Origin: Azoarcus sp. L1K30
GTDB taxonomy: Bacteria; Pseudomonadota; Gammaproteobacteria; Burkholderiales; Rhodocyclaceae
Direction: 5' to 3'
NCBI RefSeq assembly: GCF_018122735.1
Contig: NZ_JAGRRD010000001.1
Location: 2,376,423 to 2,406,422 of the forward strand
DNA: 30,000 bases
Shown here in pieces: positions 17,383 to 24,888 of this stretch. Within the stretch, counting starts at the first letter, position 1, and the number at the start of each line of letters is the position of its first letter. The position numbers and the translations under genes are program-made. The notes beneath the pieces are model-generated. The model did no database searches. It was not told the origin of the DNA and worked only from the letters and a program-made list of their open reading frames with translations.

Positions 17383-18531
17383 ATGAAGATCACCCGCGGC
17401 GTGTTCTACATTGTCATCGTCTTGATCATGCTCGGTGCGACCGCGTGGTGGTTTTCAAGACCGAAGCCGATTCCCGTGCAGGTTCACGAAGTCGGCCGCG
17501 GCCGGGTCGAAGCGAGCATCGCGAACACCCGTGCCGGCGAACTCGAAGCCTGCCAGCGCACGAAGATGTCCACCATCGTCGGCGGCCGTATCGAGGACCT
17601 GCTGGTCAAGGAGGGCGACCGCGTCAAGGCCGGACAGGTGATGATGAGGTTGTGGAACCAGGACCTCGACGCCCGCCTCGACATCAACCGCGCCCAGCTG
17701 GCAAGCGCGGGGCGCAGGCAGCAGGAATCCTGTGCCGTTGCCGACAACGCCGAGCGCGAGGCCGAACGCCAGGCCATGCTGGTCAAACGCGGTTTCGTCT
17801 CTGCCAGCGCAGAGGACAAGGCCCGTACCGAAGCCCGGGCGCGCCGCGCCGCCTGCGAAACCGCGCGCGCCGACATGGCCACCGCACGGGCGCAGATCGC
17901 CGCGACCAATACCGATCGCCAGCGCACGATACTGGTTGCCCCCTTCGACGGCACTGTCGCCAAGATCACCGGCGAACTCGGCGAGTACGCGACGCCCTCG
18001 CCGCCCGGCGTGCCGACCCCCCCCGCGATCGATCTGATCGATGATTCCTGCCTCTATGTGAAAGCCCCCATGGACGAGGTCGACGCGCCCAAGATACGGC
18101 CCGGTCAGACCGTGCGCATCAGTTTCGAGGCACTGCCGGGCACCATCTTCGCCGGCCACGTGAAACGCATCGCGCCCTACATCACCGCAGTCGAAAAACA
18201 GGCCCGGACGGTCGAGGTCGATGTCGACTTCGACGAGCCGGCACAGGCACACGGCCTGCTGGTGGGCTATAGCGCCGACGTCGAGATCATCCTCGCCACC
18301 CGCGACGACACGCTGCGCGTCCCCACTGCGGCACTGCGCGAGGGCAGACGGGTGCTGATCCTGGGTGAAGACGGCGTCCTCATCGAACGCGAACTGAAGA
18401 CCGGCCTCGCCAACTGGGAGCAGACCGAAGTGCTCGAGGGCCTGAGCAGTGGCGAGCGCGTCGTGACCTCGCTCGAACGCGAGGGCGTCAAGGCCGGCGC
18501 GCTTGCGATTGCGGACGGCAGTGCGCGCTGA
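17383..18531 (+). CDS. Periplasmic adaptor / membrane-fusion protein (HlyD/MacA-like)
   Basis: 382 aa. It has an N-terminal TM anchor (VFYIVIVLIMLGATAWWF), a lipoyl-like segment (VKEGDRVKAGQVMMRL), a coiled-coil Ala/Arg-rich hairpin and a beta-barrel segment (ILVAPFDGTVAKI). Confidence 0.85.
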   Translation: MKITRGVFYIVIVLIMLGATAWWFSRPKPIPVQVHEVGRGRVEASIANTRAGELEACQRTKMSTIVGGRIEDLLVKEGDRVKAGQVMMRLWNQDLDARLDINRAQLASAGRRQQESCAVADNAEREAERQAMLVKRGFVSASAEDKARTEARARRAACETARADMATARAQIAATNTDRQRTILVAPFDGTVAKITGELGEYATPSPPGVPTPPAIDLIDDSCLYVKAPMDEVDAPKIRPGQTVRISFEALPGTIFAGHVKRIAPYITAVEKQARTVEVDVDFDEPAQAHGLLVGYSADVEIILATRDDTLRVPTAALREGRRVLILGEDGVLIERELKTGLANWEQTEVLEGLSSGERVVTSLEREGVKAGALAIADGSAR

Positions 18532-18550
18532 GCGCTGGACGGCAGCGGCC

Positions 18551-19264
18551 ATGGCACAGATCGAACTGTCCGGCATCGAGCGCACCTTCACGCTGGGCGA
18601 CAGTGAGGTCCATGCGCTGGACAAAGTTTCGCTGCGCATCGAGGCCGGCGAATACGTTGCGGTGATGGGGCCTTCGGGCTCGGGCAAGTCCACCCTGCTC
18701 AACCTGCTCGGCCTGCTCGACCGCCCCGACGCCGGGCACTATCTGCTCGAGGGGCGCGATGTAACCACGCTGTCGGCGGACGAGCAGGCCACCGTGCGGC
18801 GCGCCCGCATCGGCTTCGTATTCCAGAGCTTTCATCTCGTCCCCCGCCTGACCGCCGCGGAGAACGTGGCCCTGCCGCTGATGCTGGCGGGCGTGCCCGC
18901 GCACGAGCGCACCCCGCGCGTGGCGCGGGCACTGAAGGATTTCGGCCTGCAGGCGCGCGCCGACCACCGCCCGGAAGAGCTCTCCGGCGGGCAGCGCCAG
19001 CGCGTGGCCATCGCCCGCGCCACCATCATGCAACCCGCGGTCCTGCTGGCCGACGAGCCCACCGGCAATCTCGATCGCCATACCGGGGAAGAGGTCACCG
19101 CGCTGCTCGAGGCGCTCAACGCCGACGGAACGACACTGATCGTGGTCACGCACGACCCCGCGATGGGGGGGCGCGCGCGCCGTCGCCTGATGATGGAAGA
19201 TGGCGCCCTGCGCCAGGACCTGCGCGCCGGCGCCGCCACATCGCCGACCGCCGCGCCGACATGA
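18551..19264 (+). CDS. ABC transporter ATP-binding protein (MacB/LolD-type)
   Basis: The track ORF starts at 18503, overlapping the upstream gene. The ATG at 18551 gives MAQIELSGIERTF. Motifs: Walker A GPSGSGKST, signature LSGGQRQR and Walker B LLADEPT. Confidence 0.9.
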   Translation: MAQIELSGIERTFTLGDSEVHALDKVSLRIEAGEYVAVMGPSGSGKSTLLNLLGLLDRPDAGHYLLEGRDVTTLSADEQATVRRARIGFVFQSFHLVPRLTAAENVALPLMLAGVPAHERTPRVARALKDFGLQARADHRPEELSGGQRQRVAIARATIMQPAVLLADEPTGNLDRHTGEEVTALLEALNADGTTLIVVTHDPAMGGRARRRLMMEDGALRQDLRAGAATSPTAAPT

Positions 19265-20469
19265 CTTCCGCCGACACCCTGCGCTTTGCCGCCCGCGCCG
19301 CGCTCGGCTACCCCCTGCGCACCTCGCTGATGGTGCTTGCAATGGCGATCGGGGTGGCTGCGGTGGTCGTGCTGACCGCACTCGGCGATGGCGCCCGGCG
19401 CTACGTGGTCGGCGAATTTGCCTCGCTCGGCGCCAATCTCATCATCGTCTTGCCCGGCCGTAACGAAACCGGTGGTGTCAATGCGGGCAGTTTCGTGACC
19501 AGCACGCCGCGCGATCTCACGGTCAGCGATGCGACGGCCCTGCTGCGTGCGCCGCTGGTCAGTCGCATCGCGCCACTGTCGGTGGGCAACTCCGAGATCT
19601 CCGTTGGCGGCAAGCTGCGCGACGTCATGGTGCTCGGCACCAACGCCGACTACATCGACATCCGCCAATATCACATGGCGCAGGGCCAGTTCCTGCCACG
19701 GGAGGAACTCGGCCGCGCAAGTGCAGTGGCCGTCATCGGCGACAAGATCCGACGCGAGCTGTTCGGGGCGACGGCCGCCGTGGGCCGCATGATCCGTGTC
19801 GGCGACAATCGCCTGCGCATCATCGGCGTGCTGGCGCCCGCCGGTCAGGGTCTGGGCATGAGCACCGACGAACTGGTGATCGTGCCAGTCGCCACCGCCC
19901 AGGCCATGTTCAACACCAACACGCTGTTCCGCATCATGGTCGAGGCCCGCCATCGCGATGCCCTCGCGCCAGCGCAGAAGCAGCTCGAAGACATCCTGCG
20001 TGCCCGTCGCGAGGGCGAACTCGATGTCACCCTCATCACCCAGGACGCGGTGCTGGGCACCTTCGACCGCATCCTCGGCGCCCTGACCCTTGGCGTAGCC
20101 GGGATCGCCGCGATCAGCCTGGCGGTGGCCGGCATCCTGGTAATGAACGTGATGCTGGTGGCCGTGACCCAGCGTACGGGCGAAATCGGACTGCTCAAGG
20201 CCCTTGGCGCCACCGGCCGCGACATCCGCCTCGCCTTTCTCAGTGAGGCTGCGCTGCTATCCATCGCCGGCGCTCTGGTCGGCTATGGTCTCGGCCACCT
20301 CGGCGCCTGGGGCATTCGTCTGGCCTACCCGGTGTTGCCGGCGTGGCCACCGAACTGGGCGGTCGCCGCCGGCCTGGGCACTGCACTGGGCACCGGCCTG
20401 TTGTTCGGCGTGCTGCCGGCGCGACGCGCATCGCGGCTCGATCCGGTACAGGCGCTGGCAAAGCGATAG
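19261..20469 (+). CDS. ABC transporter permease, FtsX/MacB-type (periplasmic core domain + 4 TM)
   Basis: 402 aa. Its start overlaps the ATPase stop (ATGA). It has an N-terminal TM, a ~230-aa periplasmic domain and a C-terminal FtsX-type three-TM bundle (GEIGLLKALGATGRDI). Confidence 0.85.
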   Translation: MTSADTLRFAARAALGYPLRTSLMVLAMAIGVAAVVVLTALGDGARRYVVGEFASLGANLIIVLPGRNETGGVNAGSFVTSTPRDLTVSDATALLRAPLVSRIAPLSVGNSEISVGGKLRDVMVLGTNADYIDIRQYHMAQGQFLPREELGRASAVAVIGDKIRRELFGATAAVGRMIRVGDNRLRIIGVLAPAGQGLGMSTDELVIVPVATAQAMFNTNTLFRIMVEARHRDALAPAQKQLEDILRARREGELDVTLITQDAVLGTFDRILGALTLGVAGIAAISLAVAGILVMNVMLVAVTQRTGEIGLLKALGATGRDIRLAFLSEAALLSIAGALVGYGLGHLGAWGIRLAYPVLPAWPPNWAVAAGLGTALGTGLLFGVLPARRASRLDPVQALAKR

Positions 20470-20474
20470 ACCCC

Positions 20475-21674
20475 ATGCTGTGGCGAGACTTTCTCCAGCT
20501 TGCGTTACGCGCCCTGATCGCCCATCGCATGCGCAGCTTTCTGACCCTGCTCGGCATTGGTGTCGGCATTGCCGCGGTGATCCTGTTGACCTCTATCGGC
20601 GAGGGCCTGCATCAGTTCGTACTCAAGGAGTTCACCCAGTTCGGCACCAACCTCATCCAGATCACCCCCGGTCGTCGCGGCACCCGCGGCGGTCCCCCCG
20701 GCCTGCCATCGACCACTCGCGACATCACCCTGGACGACGCCGCCGCACTGCTGCGGGCCCCCTTCGTCAGCGGCGTAACGCCCAATGTATCGGGCAACTC
20801 GGAAGTTCGCGCCAACGGCCGAGTGCGACGCACCTTCATCATGGGCGTGGGCGCCGACATGCAGCGCGTGTTTTCCATGCGGGTCAAGAGCGGCCAGTTT
20901 CTGCCGCCAGACGATGCCGCCAGCGCGCGCGCCTTCATCGTGCTCGGCTCCACGCTGAAGCAGGAGCTTTTCGGCGCCGAGAGTCCCCTGGGCGAACGCG
21001 TGCAGATCGGCAACGAACGTTTTCGTGTCATCGGCGTCATGGAGAGCAAGGGACAGTTTCTCGGCATCGATCTGGACGACACCGCCTATATACCCACCGC
21101 GCGCGCACTCGCCCTCTACAACCGCGACGGGCTGATGGAGATCAACGTCACCTACGATGAAGGGATGGCCGCCTCACGGGTTGCCGCCGGCATCCGCAAG
21201 ATCCTGCTCAGCCGCCACGGACGTGAAGACTTCACCCTCACCACACAGGAAGACATGCTTGCCAGCCTGTCCAACATTCTCGACATCCTGACCGCCGCGG
21301 TCGGCGCGCTGGGCGGCATCTCACTGTTGGTAGGCGGCGTCGGCATCGTCACCATCATGACCATCGCCGTCGCAGAACGCACCAACGAGATCGGTCTGCT
21401 GGTGGCGCTGGGCGCGCGCCGTGGAACCATCCTCGGCCTGTTCCTGGGCGAGGCCGTGGCACTGGCGGCGATCGGCGGGTTGCTCGGACTGGCGCTGGGC
21501 GCCGGCATGGCGCAGCTGATCGGACTCTTCGTACCGGCACTGCCGGTCACCACGCCATGGCACTTCGTCGTCGTTGCCGAAGCGAGCGCGGTGGGGATCG
21601 GGTTGGCGGCTGGCGTACTGCCGGCACGGCGCGCCGCCGGGCTGGACCCGGTTCAGGCATTGCGCGCAGACTGA
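20475..21674 (+). CDS. Second ABC transporter permease, FtsX/MacB-type
   Basis: The track ORF is over-extended to 20343. The ATG at 20475, 5 nt after the previous stop, gives MLWRDFLQLALRALIAHRMRSFLTLLGIGVGIAAV. It has the same architecture as the first permease (NEIGLLVALGARRGTI). Confidence 0.85.
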   Translation: MLWRDFLQLALRALIAHRMRSFLTLLGIGVGIAAVILLTSIGEGLHQFVLKEFTQFGTNLIQITPGRRGTRGGPPGLPSTTRDITLDDAAALLRAPFVSGVTPNVSGNSEVRANGRVRRTFIMGVGADMQRVFSMRVKSGQFLPPDDAASARAFIVLGSTLKQELFGAESPLGERVQIGNERFRVIGVMESKGQFLGIDLDDTAYIPTARALALYNRDGLMEINVTYDEGMAASRVAAGIRKILLSRHGREDFTLTTQEDMLASLSNILDILTAAVGALGGISLLVGGVGIVTIMTIAVAERTNEIGLLVALGARRGTILGLFLGEAVALAAIGGLLGLALGAGMAQLIGLFVPALPVTTPWHFVVVAEASAVGIGLAAGVLPARRAAGLDPVQALRAD

Positions 21675-21681
21675 AACGAAC

Positions 21682-21969
21682 ATGAACACGATGAGGCATC
21701 CACTCCCGATCCTGCTGCTGTTGGCCACAGCGAATCTGGCCATCGGCGCACCGGCGCCCTGGTACCGATGGGAGAGTCGGATAGACGGCCGCCAGGTCTG
21801 CGCTCAGGCCTCGCCCGGCGCAGGCTGGCGGCAACTGCCTCGCGCCTACGTCGACCTGAACTGCAGGCATCCGGCACGCACCGACCAGCCATCCCCTCCT
21901 GCTGCATTTGAGCCAGGTCAACCCGACGCCAAGTTGCCGATCATTTCGCCACCGCAACGCCTAGACTGA
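21682..21969 (+). CDS. Small secreted hypothetical protein (signal peptide, two Cys)
   Basis: An in-frame ATG lies 7 nt after the permease stop. The 95-aa product starts MNTMRHPLPILLLLATANLAIGAPAPWYRWESRIDGRQVCAQ and continues to DLNCR. It has a clear signal peptide, codon third positions are GC-rich, and it has a Pro-rich tail. I recognised no family. Confidence 0.5.
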   Translation: MNTMRHPLPILLLLATANLAIGAPAPWYRWESRIDGRQVCAQASPGAGWRQLPRAYVDLNCRHPARTDQPSPPAAFEPGQPDAKLPIISPPQRLD

Positions 21970-22021
21970 CATTGACATGCGGATGCGAGAGTGATTCCGA
22001 TACCAATTGCAGGAGACAATC

Positions 22022-22237
22022 ATGAGCATATTCGACTCCCCCATCGGCCGCTGCGAAGCCGTCAAGGAAATGGTGCTCCTCGACGAAACGCAGACGGAAT
22101 GTGCGCGTGAGCACGCGTGCCCACCGGGCAGGGCATGCCCGCTGGATGGCTGCTTCACCCCGGTCAGCGGCGTATCGGCCGAGCACGCGGCAGCCATGGC
22201 TCGAGCACCGGCAAAGCGAAGATCCCGGACCCGCTAA
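22022..22237 (+). CDS. Small Cys-rich hypothetical protein (71 aa) with a basic C-terminal tail
   Basis: A strong RBS, AGGAGA (22011-22016), lies 5 nt before the ATG at 22022. The track start at 22007 lacks an RBS. The sequence is MSIFDSPIGRCEAVKEMVLLDETQTECAREHACPPGRACPLDGCF...KRRSRTR, with five Cys and one His in 35 residues. The third-position GC bias is consistent with coding. Confidence 0.55.
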   Translation: MSIFDSPIGRCEAVKEMVLLDETQTECAREHACPPGRACPLDGCFTPVSGVSAEHAAAMARAPAKRRSRTR

Positions 22238-22279
22238 GTTGAATCGCGCACACCGCAATCTACCACCAGCGCGCGCGGA

Positions 22280-23242
22280 TCAGCGGGCGCGCGCCCGCTG
22301 ACGCGCCGAATGCAGCAGGCTGACGCTCACCGACAGCGCCAGCAACACCGCCACGACGCCGAGCGACACCATCACCGGAATCCGTACCCACTCGACGATC
22401 AGCATCTTGGTTCCGATGAACACCAGGATCGCCGCAAGACCGTACTTGAGCAGAGAAAAGCGGTCGCCCAGGTCGGCCAGCAGGAAGTACATCGCCCGCA
22501 ACCCCAGAATCGCGAACAGGTTCGAGGTCAGCACGATGAACGGGTCGGTAGTGATCGCAAAGACTGCCGGGATGCTGTCGACGGCAAAGATCACATCCGA
22601 AATCTCGACCAGTACCAGCGCAAGCATCAACGGCGTTGCCATGCGAACACCGTTGCGCATCACGAAAAAGCGCTCGCCCTCGAGACCCTCGGTAATCGGG
22701 TAGTGATTGCGTATCCACCGGATGAAGGGATTCGTTGCCAGATCCGGATCGTGCCCGGCAAACCACACCATCTTGATCCCGGTGACCACCAGGAAAGCCC
22801 CGAACACGTAGAGCAGCCAGTGGAACTCGGTGACCAGCCAACTGCCCGCAAAAATCATCGCCGTGCGCAGGACGACTGCGCCGACGATGCCATACAGCAG
22901 CACACGCCGCTGCAATTCGAGGGGCACGGCGAAATAGCCGAAGATCATCATCCAGACGAAGACATTGTCCACCGCCAGCGACTTCTCGACCAGATAGCCG
23001 GTCAGGAACGCCACTGTCCTGTCGTTGGCAATCACCCTGCCGAAGCTGAGATCGAGATACCACCACAATCCCGCCGCGAACAGCAGTGCCACTGAGACCC
23101 AGGCTACCGACCAGGCGGCTGCCTCCCTGAACGACACGCGGTGCTGCTGTCCGCCCTTGAACAGAAGAAGATCTGCCGCCAGCATCGCCAGCACGATGAC
23201 GGCAAATACAATCCACATCCACCAAGTTCCGATTGATTCCAC
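22280..23242 (-). CDS. TerC/Alx-family integral membrane protein (putative Mn2+/metal exporter)
   Basis: The TerC signature is FAVDSIPAVFAITTDPFIVLTSNLFAILGLRAMYFLL. The track ORF extends to 23467, but those 75 extra codons cover the riboswitch and terminator. The in-frame GTG at 23242 (VESIGTWWMWIVFAVIV), preceded by GGAG 6 nt upstream, gives 320 aa, about the size of E. coli Alx. Confidence 0.85.
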   Translation of the reverse strand: MESIGTWWMWIVFAVIVLAMLAADLLLFKGGQQHRVSFREAAAWSVAWVSVALLFAAGLWWYLDLSFGRVIANDRTVAFLTGYLVEKSLAVDNVFVWMMIFGYFAVPLELQRRVLLYGIVGAVVLRTAMIFAGSWLVTEFHWLLYVFGAFLVVTGIKMVWFAGHDPDLATNPFIRWIRNHYPITEGLEGERFFVMRNGVRMATPLMLALVLVEISDVIFAVDSIPAVFAITTDPFIVLTSNLFAILGLRAMYFLLADLGDRFSLLKYGLAAILVFIGTKMLIVEWVRIPVMVSLGVVAVLLALSVSVSLLHSARQRARAR

Positions 23243-23257
23243 CCGGGACTCCGCACA

Positions 23258-23295
23258 GAAGAGAAAAAGGGCCTGTTCCCGAAGGACACAGACCC
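23258..23295 (-). terminator. Intrinsic terminator in the terC leader (riboswitch expression platform)
   Basis: The minus strand reads GGGUCUGUGUCC-UUCG-GGAACAGGCCC followed by UUUUUCUCUUC. This is an 11-bp stem with one bulge and a UUCG tetraloop. It ends ~20 nt upstream of the GTG start. Confidence 0.7.
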
Positions 23296-23333
23296 TGTTT
23301 GCACACGACTTCTGCACGGACCTTGCCCTCGGG

Positions 23334-23441
23334 CAAGGTCTTGCTTGCGACAGCATCCTGTCGCCCGAAGCACCGGGCAGCCGTCGCGAGACGAACCTGC
23401 CGTGATGACGATGCTGCGGCCTTGAAAAGCTACTCCCCTTG
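23334..23441 (-). promoter_or_regulatory. yybP-ykoY (Mn2+-sensing) riboswitch aptamer
   Basis: The minus strand starts CAAGGGGAGUAGC and ends GCAAGCAAGACCUUG. These are the two hallmark conserved blocks of the family (..AAAGGGGAGUAGC.. and ..AGCAAGACCUUU..). P1 closes as CAAGG/CCUUG. Internal helices are visible: GCAGC-AU-CGUC/GACG-GCUGC, CCCG/CGGG and GCGACAG-gaug-CUGUCGC. The ~108-nt element lies directly upstream of a TerC gene, the classic genomic context. Confidence 0.8.
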
Positions 23442-23450
23442 ATTGATCTG

Positions 23451-23478
23451 AGTCTATATTGCGCCACCGCAAAGTCAA
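23451..23478 (-). promoter_or_regulatory. Candidate sigma-70 promoter of the riboswitch-terC transcript
   Basis: On the minus strand, TTGACT (23478-23473) and TAGACT (23456-23451) are separated by a 16-nt spacer. The predicted start site is a few nt before the aptamer P1 helix. Confidence 0.5.
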
Positions 23479-23602
23479 GTCGGGGCCGCTAGCGTGTGGA
23501 ATGGACGCCGGGCGGAACAAGCCTTGAATTCCCGGTCACATCGGCTCTCCGCCGGATAATCATCTCACCCGACTGACCGCGGCCATACGCCGTGCGCCAT
23601 GC

Positions 23603-24691
23603 TCAGGCAAACGATTCGTCGTCGGCCAGATAGCGCCATTGCCCGAGGGGCAGATCGCGCAGTGCAACCTTGCCGATTCTCACCCGCTTGAGACCGACGA
23701 CGCTCAGCCCAACCAGCTCGCACATGCGCCGGATCTGACGCTTGCGCCCCTCGCGCAGCACGAAGCGCAATTGATCTTCGTTGATCCACTCGACCTTGGC
23801 CTCGCGCAGCGGACGATCGTCCAGCCACAGCCCGTGGTTGAGCAGGGCAAGCCCGTTCTCGGCCAGCTTGCCTTCGACCCGCACGATGTATTCCTTCTCG
23901 ACCGTCGAATTCTCGCCGATCAACTGCCTCGCAATGCGCCCATCCTGAGTGAACACCAGCAGGCCGGTCGAATCGATGTCGAGTCGCCCCGCGGGCGCCA
24001 GACCCTTGAACAGCGAGGGATGAAAACGCTGGGCCGTATCACGGTCATATTGGGTGTCGCTGCCGATCAGCGCCATCGCCGGCTGGTATCCCGGCTCGGG
24101 CTGACCGGAGACGTAGCCCACCGGTTTGTGCAGCAGGATGGTGACGCGCTGTGCCTGCTCCTGCTTTGCTTCGGGCGCAAGGGCAATTCGTGCGTCGGGA
24201 TCGATGCGCGTACCCAAGGCCGATACACGCTTGCCGTCGACGAAGACCCAGCCGCGTTCGATCAACTCGTCGGCCTCACGCCGCGAACAGATTCCGCGAT
24301 CGGCCATGACCTTGGACAGACGCAAACCTTCAGCCGTCGACGTGCGTGGGGTCAGTGGCGGACCGGACGGATGCGGACGCGACTCCCGCGTTGCCTGCCC
24401 GCGCCCGACGCGGTCGCCGTTACGGCGTGAAGCGCCACTTTCGTCCGATCGACCGGACTCTCGGGCGGCGGGCTTGCCGGCAGGCCGGGACGACTTCGCT
24501 TCCCGCGCACGCCCGTCGTCAGTGCGCGCATCGCGGCTGCGCCGCTCTTTGTGCCCGCCATCCCGCTCCGATTTGCGCCTCACTTCTTCCGCCTCGGGCG
24601 GTGTCACCTCTACGGGCTGGCGTTTTGCCTTGAGCGTGCCGGAAATGCGGGATGGTGCCGGCTGCGGCGGATTCTTGCGAACAGAGTTCAA
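23603..24691 (-). CDS. Pseudouridine synthase, RsuA/RluB/RluF family, with a long Arg/Glu/Ser-rich N-terminal extension
   Basis: The S4 domain is [34 protein letters not shown] and the catalytic-Asp motif is [17 protein letters not shown]. The C-terminal motif is [11 protein letters not shown]. The track start at 24691 is a TTG and no in-frame ATG precedes the S4 domain, so the true start is uncertain. Confidence 0.8.
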   Translation of the reverse strand: MNSVRKNPPQPAPSRISGTLKAKRQPVEVTPPEAEEVRRKSERDGGHKERRSRDARTDDGRAREAKSSRPAGKPAARESGRSDESGASRRNGDRVGRGQATRESRPHPSGPPLTPRTSTAEGLRLSKVMADRGICSRREADELIERGWVFVDGKRVSALGTRIDPDARIALAPEAKQEQAQRVTILLHKPVGYVSGQPEPGYQPAMALIGSDTQYDRDTAQRFHPSLFKGLAPAGRLDIDSTGLLVFTQDGRIARQLIGENSTVEKEYIVRVEGKLAENGLALLNHGLWLDDRPLREAKVEWINEDQLRFVLREGRKRQIRRMCELVGLSVVGLKRVRIGKVALRDLPLGQWRYLADDESFA

Positions 24692-24837
24692 GACAGACCT
24701 CGGGCGTCGGACGACGTTTTCAGATAAACAGGTTCAATTATGCGCCGAAGCGCGGTGCAAGGCGCGCACAACAATGCAGGCCTTGCAACCTCGTTCCACT
24801 CCGCAGACGGCTGAGGGCGGCTTTTGCTGCGCCAAAC

Positions 24838-24866
24838 GCAAAACCCGGCACGCGGCCGGGTTTTGC
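24838..24866 (-). terminator. Intrinsic terminator downstream of dctM
   Basis: A 12-bp perfect stem, GCAAAACCCGGC-cgcgu-GCCGGGUUUUGC on the minus strand, is followed by GUUUGG. It starts 23 nt after the dctM stop. The hairpin is symmetric and could also stop plus-strand read-through. Confidence 0.65.
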
Positions 24867-24888
24867 GGTGTGCCGCAACGCCTGCAGC

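Noticed and set aside
21967-21978. A tandem TGACAT-TGACAT containing a perfect TTGACA -35 hexamer upstream of the Cys-rich ORF.
   Set aside because: No acceptable -10 hexamer occurs 16-19 nt downstream (ttccga, tccgat, ccgata), so I cannot support a promoter call from sequence alone.
22281-22300. A perfect 20-nt GC palindrome, CAGCGGGCGCGCGCCCGCTG, between the convergent Cys-rich ORF and terC. I considered it as a possible bidirectional terminator.
   Set aside because: It lies within the last codons of terC (encoding RARAR) and has no U-tract on either strand. It may be a by-product of Arg/Ala codons, so I did not call it a terminator.
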